DNA from: a virus
Length of the DNA stretch: 64,000 nt
Direction: 5' to 3' (one strand)
Virus record (IMG/VR): IMGVR_UViG_3300025617_000009
Location: 32,001 to 96,000 of that record
The stretch's first letter is position 1, and every line of letters starts with the position of its first letter. The notes beneath the pieces are model-generated. The model was not told the DNA's origin, did no database searches, and was given only the letters and a program-made list of their open reading frames with translations. This document shows positions 29,301 through 37,558 of this stretch, piece after piece. Position numbers and translations under genes: made by a program.

Positions 29301-30834
29301 TAATATAACTTACACCAGTATCTTCTCGCACAGGTACAACACTTAATCCGTTTTCGATAATATTAGTTGTATCATCTAACAGTACTTCTAGTTTTGTTAC
29401 TGCTGCAGGTTCTGACGTTTTAGTTAAATCTATAACTTGTGTATTAACATTTTGTCTAGCATATAAAAATTCTGTATTTGTTAACACAAAATCTAAAATT
29501 AGTTTCTTTAAAAAAGTATGTCCTTCAACTTCTGCTAATCTGTTACCGTCTACTTGCGAAACATCACCGTCCCAGAACAAACTGATAGCATCTATAGTGT
29601 TTGTGTTTCCACCATAACGAATATCATACAAATATGCATCAATAGCATAACCGACATCTCTCTGACACTTGCTGGCATTAAATGTATAGCCTGCAAAAAT
29701 ACTATACACACTGCCGCCGTCAGCACTTACAAACGTGTGTTCACTAGTGTTTGAACTAATACCTACATCTACTGTAATAGTATTTGTACTAGTTGCTACG
29801 ATTTCTACAGGTTTGTTATAAGCATAATCAGCATCAGGTTTTCTTATTGCACCGTCAATAGCGCCTACAAATGTGTGTACGCTAGTGTCACTGCTTATAC
29901 CTACATTTACTGTAATAGTCGTTGCTGTAGTTGCTGTGATACTTACTAGAGTGTTAAACACATAATCTTTCCCGCCAGGTGCATTAGATCCTGTTGATCT
30001 TGGATATGTGTGATTAGTAGTGTTACCATCTAAAGCACAAGTAAATGTTAAACTATTTTCTACGATTCTTATATCGTCGCCTTGACTAAAATCATGGGCG
30101 CCTATAGTTAAGGTCATTACCCCAGTTGTCGGTGTGTAAACAGCATTTGTTGGAGTGTATTTTTTACCTGCTGAACTACCTGTAGCACGAGGATATGTGT
30201 GATTAGTAGCATCGTTGTCTAGCGCACAAGTAAATGTTAAACTGTCTTCTTGAATACGAATAAAATCGCCTAACTCGTAATCGTGCGCACCAATCGTTAG
30301 CTGCATTAATCCTGTAGCAGGATCATATGAAGCATCTGTAGGAGTATAAGGAACTAGGATACTGTTTGCTTTTCCACGAACAAATGTGTGAACACTTGTG
30401 TCACTGCTTATGCCTACGTTAACTGTAATAGTTGTCGATGTAGTACTGTCAACTCGAATAGGATTATTACTATAAGGATCTGTTCCTGTTTGGTTAGGAA
30501 CACCTATTGAACGAGGATATGAATGTTCTGTTGCATTGTTGTCATAGCCGCATGTAAATACTAAACTATTGCCGCTAATTCTAATGTAATCACCGACGTT
30601 AAGTGAGTGTGTCCCTATAGTGATTTCCATTACACCTGTTGTCGGTGTATAAACAGCATTTGTCGGAGTATATGTTGTACCAACATGGGCAATTTGATCA
30701 GTCAACCATTCTGTTACTTCTTTCTGCAAAAATGTTTTATTTTGCTGTAGTAAGTAATATGCATTAGGTGCTAAGTTATCTGTGTAACTAATGCCTGGAT
30801 GAAATACATAATCATAAATTCTTTTCTTTGCCAT
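23323..30834 (-). CDS. Giant virion structural protein (2503 aa), nested repeats
   Basis: G/T/S-rich; DADFEYGLQPTKW, HRP.DGGV, IRYQSGKG, YSWYGAG, HWGS and terminal W.EAQA motifs of marine T4-like virion proteins. Confidence 0.8.
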   Translation of the reverse strand: MAKKRIYDYVFHPGISYTDNLAPNAYYLLQQNKTFLQKEVTEWLTDQIAHVGTTYTPTNAVYTPTTGVMEITIGTHSLNVGDYIRISGNSLVFTCGYDNNATEHSYPRSIGVPNQTGTDPYSNNPIRVDSTTSTTITVNVGISSDTSVHTFVRGKANSILVPYTPTDASYDPATGLMQLTIGAHDYELGDFIRIQEDSLTFTCALDNDATNHTYPRATGSSAGKKYTPTNAVYTPTTGVMTLTIGAHDFSQGDDIRIVENSLTFTCALDGNTTNHTYPRSTGSNAPGGKDYVFNTLVSITATTATTITVNVGISSDTSVHTFVGAIDGAIRKPDADYAYNKPVEIVATSTNTITVDVGISSNTSEHTFVSADGGSVYSIFAGYTFNASKCQRDVGYAIDAYLYDIRYGGNTNTIDAISLFWDGDVSQVDGNRLAEVEGHTFLKKLILDFVLTNTEFLYARQNVNTQVIDLTKTSEPAAVTKLEVLLDDTTNIIENGLSVVPVREDTGVSYIKVIGNYNNADFLLMTNTDRGEIIYNFAKAELGGFLEYHTEEDDDFPKFLDKTDAVTIVNLFADTTGQDAADDIQIFIDEKELRTRPFDFGTDAIERMRVAPPLSMLDADFEYGLQPTKWSAIGTLRGYPSTYEVVGTELNITSATTDASIGSQGVGSSVITVTTAGAHTLEEGDPVVVKALDLGVVGAARAEGTFIVTSTPATNEFTYLAKAKVGTTSGEEMATNFTVLRKAGFYTGATIGSPEFTIDSQGSSGVMTAALNVPIGSDFIPFEDDVPEIGSPLSGNGINQGTQVTGIVGAGGTVVSPNVTNDAPAGSTSVNVDSVTGILPGLAVDRGDGVGVTVLNVVGNTVNLSDELSSTIIGNVVDYIGVNASADLVIGSGAEFTISRAGGSYTIDAITQAGTNYDAGEEILVDGADLGGLSSTNDATITISTVDSSGGILTATIAGAAFDGNASYTSIEGNYQHGNGAGASFDVTWEDNVYSLDTSNPTYTNVTGTTQQGNGSGVLFDVTWSSTGFSDVQLSGAATSGYAVNDIIQITGSNLGGTTPANDLYIKVTGVDGTGAITTFTYDSSGAPSTSRLYGGLDFDTGTGTNAQFDITTDNQNYLVNITNAGSGYTNGDSKVVTGDLLGGATPANDVTITISSVDVGGEILTVNVSGTAVDEETRESLSTSNIVGSGATFDVEVSASSYVVTVNNAGTNYASDQTILITGDQIGGSSPTNDLTVDITAITAGSETTLLGTISTISGSGTALPTMSGYVENDKLLISGVTIPNGAVTTNDIVITVTGVDGSGYITSYTFTGTAPDVVESYSAVTQSTTNGIGTGASFNIDKNADVYSVTLFAAGVDYAPTNTITILGSELGGDDGTNNLTITVNTVDVNGEILTFSIAGTAANRDVVNGLGLTADNIVGSGATWDVDIVNGVYSVTEADVGINYGVGQTVIIPGTSVGGASPTNDIEVTVTAIGTNGSIASSTFTGTAAGDVGTYTAVSGSNITINGSGATFNVTRDSGSYTSVTLVSTGVSYETGNRLIISGNDLGGVDGVNDILITVTDVDSAGSIVTFTDSGTAVAGAALDFISSVTLSESTVGGITNGDTISFSALATILVTFETAHGLIPGSGFNVVINSDDGVNNHNLANGPYIATSVPDALTLTYQARAPGAIDDNDVIAGNIYPKPDSFFIHRPYDGGVQLGTGGPQHGAQAIRQSKKYIRYQSGKGIMYTTGALFAPSYDILSISADNVEIGSTITVTTDENDHGLQVGGQIRIIGVETPGYNHDYTVTDIVNERTFRVTAQYRLGSTDPVIGFGAQISTVAWNGATVRSGIFDDQNGIFWEYDGTYLSVVQRTSTKQLAGTIAIDSDSSLVTGTGTRFRDQVKAGDRIVIKGMTHVISGVTSQTEMTVTPDFRGVVNISGAKACLITDKKIRQQDFNLDRLDGTGASKYNIDPAKMQMIGIQYSWYGAGFIDFMVRGADGNFVYAHRIRNSNVNTEAYMRSGNLPVRYEVTNEGANDRLSADMTPSQDFIPLQDASFFPPSGGTVYIDNELISFTGVDIDNNRLTGCTRSANLTNFNAGAQRSYTAGSAASHSNRTGVVLVSNTITPLISHWGSSFITDGNFDEDRGYIFSYTEQSIPVSTIKQTAFLLRLAPSVSNAITGDLGERELLNRAQLLIQGIEISSDGVDPANSNAPITGGIVVEGVLNPQNYPDNPANIVWSGLSSEAQGGQPSFAQIAAGGSVQWSTGQSAVQANITAQSAITGTATTSFFMNANNADYIYMTRDSVNNIGLEAGDSLVSAAGGATFPAGTTVRRIENSWQNNYIVRLNQRFSGRIQDSETITFSRGGDLVGRNFMLATAASLTASGASVGTDVVATTAGNFPANTKIQSISEEEFAGTIYYRIIFNNSYNGTLVAGTGTITVEFVEPPYAQPGETVFSFIATPGERANLNLDTLKELTNTTLGGRGTFPNGPDVLAINVYKTSGADTTSNIILRWGEAQA
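26090..28180 (-). repeat. About 8 Gly/Thr-rich G.GA.F(D/N)(V/I)...ND..I.V..V repeats
   Basis: GSGAEFTI, GAGASFDV, GSGVLFDV, GTNAQFDI, GSGATFDV, GTGASFNI, GSGATWDV, GSGATFNV; boundaries approximate. Confidence 0.75.
29710..30680 (-). repeat. Three ~105-aa YTPT.A.Y.P.TG...FTC...H.YPR...TITV.VGISS.TS.HTFV repeats
   Basis: Visible at both protein and DNA level; boundaries approximate. Confidence 0.85.
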
Positions 30835-30836
30835 TA

Positions 30837-31907
30837 TTATAATCCAAATGCTATCGAGAACGCAATATCTTGCGTGTCTACATAATCTTTATTTGTTATA
30901 TCGTTGTTGTCTACAGGTTCACTAGACACTGTTGCACTGGTAAAACTAGCAGTGCTAGGTGTAGTTAATCCTATTGTAGTGTTATTTATTGAACTATTAG
31001 TAATGTCCATATTTTCTGCACTACTATTTCTAATATCTAATATAAGGCCTTGAGCATCAATAGTACCAATCTGAGAACTACCTATTTGTATAGATATTTC
31101 ATTATCAGCATTAAATGCTAGATCAGTTGTCGATACAATACTAAATGTTTCTACTTCGTCTGCTGAAACAGAGTCTGCTCTTAAATAATCACCTACAGTT
31201 AAAGAGCCTGCTAGACTCATAGAGCCCTGTGATGTAATCGAGCCTTGTGCTGTTATCGAGCCTTGTGTTTCAATAGCACCTTGCGAAGTAATACTTCCAC
31301 CGATGTTTACGTCTTTTGCAATGCCTGCGCCGCCAGCAAGAACAAATCCGCCCGTAGTTGTACTTGAACTTTCTGTAGTACTAGATAAACTTAGATTGTT
31401 TAACAGTGATGTTCCTGTAACAGTTAACTGTTCAAAAATACCCACTCCGACTACAGTAGGAAGAGTTACTGTAATAATACCCGAAGATGTAAATGTTCCG
31501 TTAGCATAAAACAATCTATCAGGAGCATCTACTGGTACTTTAAATGTTAATGTACCTTGACGCTTTCCTTGAGCACTAGCTCCGTCAAATACATCACCGC
31601 CTATGTCTACAAACTGTAGTCCATTACTATATAACACACCAGGACGTTCGTAGATATTAAAATCTGCATTGCTGTCTAGTGTAAGCGTAAACTGATATGT
31701 TTCACCTTTAATTATTGTTATTCCAGGATTTCCAGTCTCATCATTGATAATAAATGTTGTACCTGAGTTAGTTACAACAAAGTTACTGGTGTCTGCTTGA
31801 CTTGCAAGCGAAATAGATTTAGCAGCAATATTACCTTCGTCATCCACAGTAAAGCCTGGACTTTTAAATCCATGCTCTGCGCTTAACGGTTTATAGTTTA
31901 CTGCCAT
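30837..31907 (-). CDS. Virion structural/fibre protein with degenerate cupredoxin-like domain
   Basis: NPGITIIKGETYQF...APDRLFY; GGFVLAGGAGIAKD fibre motif; QGSI hexapeptide repeats; TNKDYVD; C-terminal AFSIAFGL. Confidence 0.7.
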   Translation of the reverse strand: MAVNYKPLSAEHGFKSPGFTVDDEGNIAAKSISLASQADTSNFVVTNSGTTFIINDETGNPGITIIKGETYQFTLTLDSNADFNIYERPGVLYSNGLQFVDIGGDVFDGASAQGKRQGTLTFKVPVDAPDRLFYANGTFTSSGIITVTLPTVVGVGIFEQLTVTGTSLLNNLSLSSTTESSSTTTGGFVLAGGAGIAKDVNIGGSITSQGAIETQGSITAQGSITSQGSMSLAGSLTVGDYLRADSVSADEVETFSIVSTTDLAFNADNEISIQIGSSQIGTIDAQGLILDIRNSSAENMDITNSSINNTTIGLTTPSTASFTSATVSSEPVDNNDITNKDYVDTQDIAFSIAFGL

Positions 31908-31924
31908 TAATAACTCCTATATTG

Positions 31925-31931
31925 TATTTAT
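31925..31931 (-). promoter_or_regulatory. Late promoter ATAAATA, SD-led
   Basis: ATAAATA-caatat-AGGAG-ttatta-ATG. Confidence 0.65.
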
Positions 31932-33874
31932 GACACTATGATTTGTCCGGTCATTGCACTGTGAAACTGACAGATATAATAGTAAGTACCAGGTGTACTA
32001 GGAGTCCATGACACTTGTCCGGTTTGTAAACCGTTATTAGTTACTCCGCTTGCTTGACTTCCTGTTCCTGTAACCTGAGATGTTTTAATATAAAACGGAT
32101 GTCCTGATGCGTTAACATTAAATAATAACGTGTCGCCAGAGTTACATGTCACTGTTGCATTTGTGCCTGTAAAATCTCCGCTTAATGTATATGATCCTGC
32201 TCCTGCATTTGTTACATTTATTGTATACGTTGCTCCAGATCCTCCAGGAACAGCATCATCCGGTGTAGTATCAAACTCGTAACCAACATTAGATATTGTA
32301 AATGTACCTTTAGTTTCAACAGGTTGTGTTTGAAATGGACTTATTAACACTCTATTAGGACTGCCCAGCAATGCATCGCCGTCAGTGTAATCCGTATCGC
32401 TGGTATTGTTTATTTCTTCTTTAGACAAGTCAATAACTTTGTTAAGCACTTCTTCTGGTGTAGCATTGGGTTGCATCTGTAAGTAACACGCAACAAATCC
32501 AGCAACCTGAGGAGATGCCATAGATGTGCCGCCTATTTTCATAATTTTATATGTAGGATCATCTGGATAGTCTGATACCAGTCCTCGTGTATCATAACTC
32601 GAATCTCGTTCTTGACTAGTTGTACTTGTAATATGTGTGCCTGGAGCCCAGATATTTACGGCTGGGCCTCGTTGACTACTACTAGCAGTAGTATCAAGAT
32701 TATTAACTATATCACTGTTAATATTGCCAACATTAAACGCTCTGTCTGAATAAGGACTGCCGCCTCTGTGATAGTTATATGTTTGAGATGTGGTGTCGTT
32801 TACATCTGTGTAAACAGTAAACGTGTTATTGTAGTCATCACCGTTCGGTATATCTTGTTTGTAATAATCATTACCTGAAGCTAGACAAACATGTATGCCG
32901 GCGTCTATCATATCTTCTATTTCAGCATCAGCAACAGCTGATCTTACCGGAAAACGTCTGTAATTATCACTGTCTGGAATATTAAACTGCGGCACAATGC
33001 CGTAACTTTGCCAAAGTGCAAAATCGTTTTGAGTAGTATATGTCCAAGCAGCGCCTCTATAGTTGCCACTAATAGGAGAACCAAATGCGCGACTAATAAA
33101 TCCCCAACTCATGTTTACTACTGTAGGACGACCATTTGTTTTAGCAGCATGCCATAATCTAATAGCATCAAATGCAAATGTGCTACTAATACCTGTTCCG
33201 TCGGTCCCGTTTAGTGTTTCTAAACCTAGTAGTTTTTGACTATAAATGTGAGCGCCTTTTGCCCATCCGTAAGTTTTACCTGCAACTATACCTGCACAAT
33301 GAGTTCCGTGACCGTCTCTGTCCCTATAATGATCTGCACTTTGTGTAAATGCTAGGCCGCTTTCTGTTGCCCAGTTTATTTGAGCTAATCTTGAATTTCC
33401 GTCTGCATCGTTCCATTCAGGGTGATTAGGATCGATACCTGAATCTTGTATTACTATATCTACACCTGTTCCATCTAGAGGATATACATAATCTTGATTT
33501 GTATTATTATATGCTGTAGTGGTTTGTGATAAAACTTTTGATCTATATAGCCCCCAGTTTACATGATTACTCGAAACAACATTACCTCTATAAAACAAAG
33601 AAGTTTGCGAGCCTAAAGGTACTATTTCTATATCTGGATTATCTTCTATTGGAAGCTCAACATCAATAACACTGGGATTATTTTTTAAATCTGCTGCTTC
33701 TTGGTCATTAAGCATATAATGAATAATCCTAGTTGACCCAGGACGTAGATTTGCAACATCGACATTTCTTGCTGGTATTGTTTCATTACCGTATTGAGAA
33801 GTCATAAAAGCATCAAACTCTGCTTTGTTAACTCCTTTTTTAAGTACTACTAGATATTCTCTTTCGTTTGCCAT
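31928..33874 (-). CDS. Second S8 subtilase with C-terminal cupredoxin-like domain
   Basis: IQDSG / GHGTHCAG / GGTSMASP triad, LASGN; C-terminal GHPF...YYYICQFHSAMTG. Confidence 0.9.
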   Translation of the reverse strand: MANEREYLVVLKKGVNKAEFDAFMTSQYGNETIPARNVDVANLRPGSTRIIHYMLNDQEAADLKNNPSVIDVELPIEDNPDIEIVPLGSQTSLFYRGNVVSSNHVNWGLYRSKVLSQTTTAYNNTNQDYVYPLDGTGVDIVIQDSGIDPNHPEWNDADGNSRLAQINWATESGLAFTQSADHYRDRDGHGTHCAGIVAGKTYGWAKGAHIYSQKLLGLETLNGTDGTGISSTFAFDAIRLWHAAKTNGRPTVVNMSWGFISRAFGSPISGNYRGAAWTYTTQNDFALWQSYGIVPQFNIPDSDNYRRFPVRSAVADAEIEDMIDAGIHVCLASGNDYYKQDIPNGDDYNNTFTVYTDVNDTTSQTYNYHRGGSPYSDRAFNVGNINSDIVNNLDTTASSSQRGPAVNIWAPGTHITSTTSQERDSSYDTRGLVSDYPDDPTYKIMKIGGTSMASPQVAGFVACYLQMQPNATPEEVLNKVIDLSKEEINNTSDTDYTDGDALLGSPNRVLISPFQTQPVETKGTFTISNVGYEFDTTPDDAVPGGSGATYTINVTNAGAGSYTLSGDFTGTNATVTCNSGDTLLFNVNASGHPFYIKTSQVTGTGSQASGVTNNGLQTGQVSWTPSTPGTYYYICQFHSAMTGQIIVS

Positions 33875-33875
33875 A

Positions 33876-35213
33876 TTAACTAAAACTTGTTAAGTTTCCT
33901 AGAACTACCCAACTATTGCTAGTTCTTATAAATGTAAAGTTAAACACATCCTTTGCATTTGCATTACCACTAGGAACAGAACCACCTACCCAGTTTACAG
34001 TTTGTGCAGAGCCATCGATCTGTACTACACTTACTGAATCTGCATTTGCTGTTTGATCTACAACCACTGCAAAACTAATAGTTTTGTTATTTGTAGTAGG
34101 AACATTTTGGAAGTTTAATGTTGCTGTTACGCTTCCTGATCCTGTTAGATAAAAGATTTGTGCGTTTTGTGTGTTTAAGTTAGTTGTTGTACTTAAACTA
34201 CTTGCTACTAATGTTTCAGTACTTCTAGTTATATCAAACAAATCAGCACTTATACTGTCGCTTACAACGACACCGCCTGGAGCAGTAATAGTTAAGTTAG
34301 AACCACTTACTATTTCAGGAGGCCCTGTACCGTCATTTATAAAACTTGTTGCAGTAACAGTATTAACTTCTAGATCGGTAGTTGGATCTATACTTCCGCC
34401 GCCGCCGGCATTTGCATCAACATAGGCTTTTACAGTTGATTCTGTTGCTAGTGCTGTTGCTCTATTGCTAGCAATATCAGTACTAATAGAATTTATAGTT
34501 CTTCCGCCTATTGTTAAAGAACTAGGAGATGCTGCGCCTGTAAAGTTTGCATAGTTTAAGAAATAAGTGCTGTCTTGTCCGTCTAATGTATCTGCGTCTA
34601 AGCCAGTACCGCCACTAGTAATATCAGCAGCAGGCGCCCACTGATTACCATCCCATTTTAATACTTGGCCGCTCGTTGGAGTGTTACTGCTTACATTTGT
34701 TAAATCTTCTAATGCAAGTGCAGAAGAACCTCCTGACTGATCTGTAGGAACCCAAGCAGAACCGCTCCATGCAATAACTTGATCTTGTGTTGGCGGAGTA
34801 CTTAGGTCAACGTCGTCTAACGAACCTAATGTGCCTGCATATGCTACAGTTTGTAATGAATCTGTATAGTTGTTTATACCACCTAATACAGAGTTATCTG
34901 AAAGTAATTTGCTCCACGTTCCGTTATGTGCATAGTATAATGCGCCTGTTGCAGTTACTTGTGCAATAGAACCTTGATATGTGGTTGCATCGGGCAAGTC
35001 GCCTACTGTAGCATAAACAAAACTTACTTTATTAGATTTGCCGCTAACATCTATTTCAAGATTATTATTTACTACATCTAATAGTCCAGTTCCGTTTCCA
35101 AGACTGCCATATATCTCGTTGAAGTTGTCATTAATTTTATCACCGCCTGACCTTAGGGTATCGCCCGTTCCGTCATTTGCTGATATACCTAAGTTTAATG
35201 CTTGTTTAGCCAT
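33876..35213 (-). CDS. Baseplate-anchored fibre protein with T4 gp9/gp10-like N-terminus
   Basis: MAKQ.LNLG..ANDGTGDTLR.GG.KIN.NF.EIY; QVLKWDG..W.P and DADTLDG fibre repeats; GALYYAH module. Confidence 0.8.
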   Translation of the reverse strand: MAKQALNLGISANDGTGDTLRSGGDKINDNFNEIYGSLGNGTGLLDVVNNNLEIDVSGKSNKVSFVYATVGDLPDATTYQGSIAQVTATGALYYAHNGTWSKLLSDNSVLGGINNYTDSLQTVAYAGTLGSLDDVDLSTPPTQDQVIAWSGSAWVPTDQSGGSSALALEDLTNVSSNTPTSGQVLKWDGNQWAPAADITSGGTGLDADTLDGQDSTYFLNYANFTGAASPSSLTIGGRTINSISTDIASNRATALATESTVKAYVDANAGGGGSIDPTTDLEVNTVTATSFINDGTGPPEIVSGSNLTITAPGGVVVSDSISADLFDITRSTETLVASSLSTTTNLNTQNAQIFYLTGSGSVTATLNFQNVPTTNNKTISFAVVVDQTANADSVSVVQIDGSAQTVNWVGGSVPSGNANAKDVFNFTFIRTSNSWVVLGNLTSFS

Positions 35214-35215
35214 TT

Positions 35216-35737
35216 TTATCCCCGATCAAACGTTACACTAATTCCATCAAAGGTTAGTGAAATATTGTCAAATGTTGACGAACCAGCGAGATCAAACTCT
35301 TGAGCCACTGTTTCTTTTTGTCTCTGATATAAAGGATGATTATTTTTAAAGTATGTGGCACTAAAAAATACACTTGCGCCTGCTAAAGAAATATCGTTAT
35401 CTGTAACTTTTGGCGTAGCATTAACAACAACATAACTGTCAGTTATTTCAGCAGTTATGTCAACAATGTCTTCGTTTAACCCAGCTCTTGCATATGGCAA
35501 AACAGAAGTTGTCGAGCCGCCTGCAACCACAATACATTTTATTATTTCTTTGACATTGTGATCAAAGTCTGCTATTATAGTATATTCTGCGCCAGCAAAC
35601 TCTCCGAGTTCGAATCTGTCAATCTCAGTTTTATCATAGAGTTCAATCCAGGGTCCTTGAACACTCAAGTTTACTCCTGGATTAAATTGTACAGTTTTTC
35701 TTGGTCCGGTTGAGAAATACTGGTCTAATGGTAACAT
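35216..35737 (-). CDS. Hypothetical virion protein
   Basis: 173 aa; ends TFDNISLTFDGISVTFDRG; own late promoter. Confidence 0.6.
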   Translation of the reverse strand: MLPLDQYFSTGPRKTVQFNPGVNLSVQGPWIELYDKTEIDRFELGEFAGAEYTIIADFDHNVKEIIKCIVVAGGSTTSVLPYARAGLNEDIVDITAEITDSYVVVNATPKVTDNDISLAGASVFFSATYFKNNHPLYQRQKETVAQEFDLAGSSTFDNISLTFDGISVTFDRG

Positions 35738-35758
35738 ACTACATCCTTTATGTAGTAT

Positions 35759-35765
35759 TATTTAT
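35759..35765 (-). promoter_or_regulatory. Late promoter ATAAATA, SD-led
   Basis: Abuts the carbamoyltransferase stop; AAGGA SD downstream. Confidence 0.6.
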
Positions 35766-37555
35766 CAGTTTTTTACAACTACCATTTTACCTAATTCAGG
35801 GAGGAACAAGTATTCAATATCGCTTTCTTTCAGTGTACGTACAGCATCATCTAGTGTTTCAACAAGTGGCTCACCTCCTAGATTAAATGACGTATTAAAG
35901 ATGATTGGTACGCCTGTACGTTCATAGAATGCTTTAATAATATTATAATAATGTTTGTTTTGTTCAGCATTAACTGTTTGGATGCGACAAGTGCCGTCCA
36001 CATGAATAATGCTTGGAATTTTTTCTTCAACTCCTGGTTGACAATCCATTGCATACATCATATGCGGAGATGACTCCATGCCTTTCATGTCAAACCATTC
36101 ATGTGCATATTCTTCTAAAATACTACCTGCGAACGGACGAAAGTACTCTCTGTGTTTAACACTGTTAACAAAATCTTTACCATTCGGATCTGTTGGATCG
36201 TAGAGAATACTTCTGTTACCTAATGCCCTAGGGCCATTTTCTGCACGACCTTGAAATACTGCAACAATATTTTTACTAGTAATTAAATCAATAACTTTTT
36301 CGTAGTCTGCATCAATTATTTCTACAATAGAATCTTCAAAATTTAAATCTATTTCTGTGATGTTGTATTTCGGTCCAAGATATAACGAATGACCTGGTCG
36401 AATTGTATTATCTTCTTCTAATGCATGGTGAAATAATAGAGCAGCACCGAGAGCCGTTCCTGCATCTGAGCTAATAGGTTCTACATAAAGTTTAATATCT
36501 TTTTCGTTAAGTGTATCAAGATAATAATAGTTTGCAACACAATTTAGCGCATAACCGCCTGAAAGCACAACATTTTTTTTACCTGTCATTTCTACTGCTT
36601 TTAAAATAATATTAAGAATTTGTTCTTGAGTTTCTTTTTGTAATGCATATGCAAGATTTCGACGACTTGTTAGTTCAGTTAAATCTTGTCCTTCTTCAGG
36701 CATTTCGTCAAGAGTTCCATATAAATCACTATTAACTATACTGCCGTTAGGATATCTAGGAATAATAATGTTCCTATTACTTAATGGATATTTAGAATCT
36801 TTATCGAACAATGGAGGAATACTATCGTCTGGTTTACCATATGGGCTTAGACCCATAGTTTTTCCTGCTTCGATAGAAGAAAATCCACAATATTCTGTTA
36901 CACCTTCGTATACTTTAGTTACACCGCTTCTGTCACTAATTATTGCATCATGAAATTTATCTGGCTCTCCAAATCTATCGCTTGGCATTTTTGTAATACC
37001 TGAAGGAACAGGATCTCTCACACCATAAACCTTAAATTTAGTTTCAAACTCTGCAGGATATGCGCAATCCGTAATAGTTTCTACTTCGTAACTCATTACT
37101 TGTTCGTTGCCAATTTGTAGAGGAATAAACGTTCCTGCACCATCAACCGATACAGCAACAGCATCTTCAAACCCTGAACGATAAAACGCACAAGCAGCAT
37201 GTAATTTATGATGCATATTTGCTAGATCAATAACTTGCGGATGATCGTCCCTGCCGTGATGATTACGTTTGATGAGACCTAGTTTTCTTGCAATACCTGT
37301 ATAAACATCGTCTCCTGTATAATCTACTCGGCCGGCAGTCTCGTATAAAGGCTGTGTATGTGCTATTACAAGATAATCTAATCTGTCTGTATAATCTAAA
37401 ATTTTAACCATACTAGCAAAAGGGCCGCCGTCATATTTTTGACGACTAAATCTTTCTTCTTCGCTGGCAAAAACAATTTCACCGTCTTTTAAAAGACATA
37501 CTCCTGCATTATGTCCTCTTGCTATTGCTGCTATCCACAATGGACGTTTTTTCAT
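35765..37555 (-). CDS. O-carbamoyltransferase (CmcH/NodU/TobZ family)
   Basis: EEERFSR.K, HH.LHA, DGAG, EAGKTMGL, SGG.ALNCVAN, GPRALGNRSIL, KHREYFRPFA, HVDGT.RIQT, NTSFN. Confidence 0.93.
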   Translation of the reverse strand: MKKRPLWIAAIARGHNAGVCLLKDGEIVFASEEERFSRQKYDGGPFASMVKILDYTDRLDYLVIAHTQPLYETAGRVDYTGDDVYTGIARKLGLIKRNHHGRDDHPQVIDLANMHHKLHAACAFYRSGFEDAVAVSVDGAGTFIPLQIGNEQVMSYEVETITDCAYPAEFETKFKVYGVRDPVPSGITKMPSDRFGEPDKFHDAIISDRSGVTKVYEGVTEYCGFSSIEAGKTMGLSPYGKPDDSIPPLFDKDSKYPLSNRNIIIPRYPNGSIVNSDLYGTLDEMPEEGQDLTELTSRRNLAYALQKETQEQILNIILKAVEMTGKKNVVLSGGYALNCVANYYYLDTLNEKDIKLYVEPISSDAGTALGAALLFHHALEEDNTIRPGHSLYLGPKYNITEIDLNFEDSIVEIIDADYEKVIDLITSKNIVAVFQGRAENGPRALGNRSILYDPTDPNGKDFVNSVKHREYFRPFAGSILEEYAHEWFDMKGMESSPHMMYAMDCQPGVEEKIPSIIHVDGTCRIQTVNAEQNKHYYNIIKAFYERTGVPIIFNTSFNLGGEPLVETLDDAVRTLKESDIEYLFLPELGKMVVVKN

Positions 37556-37558
37556 TTT

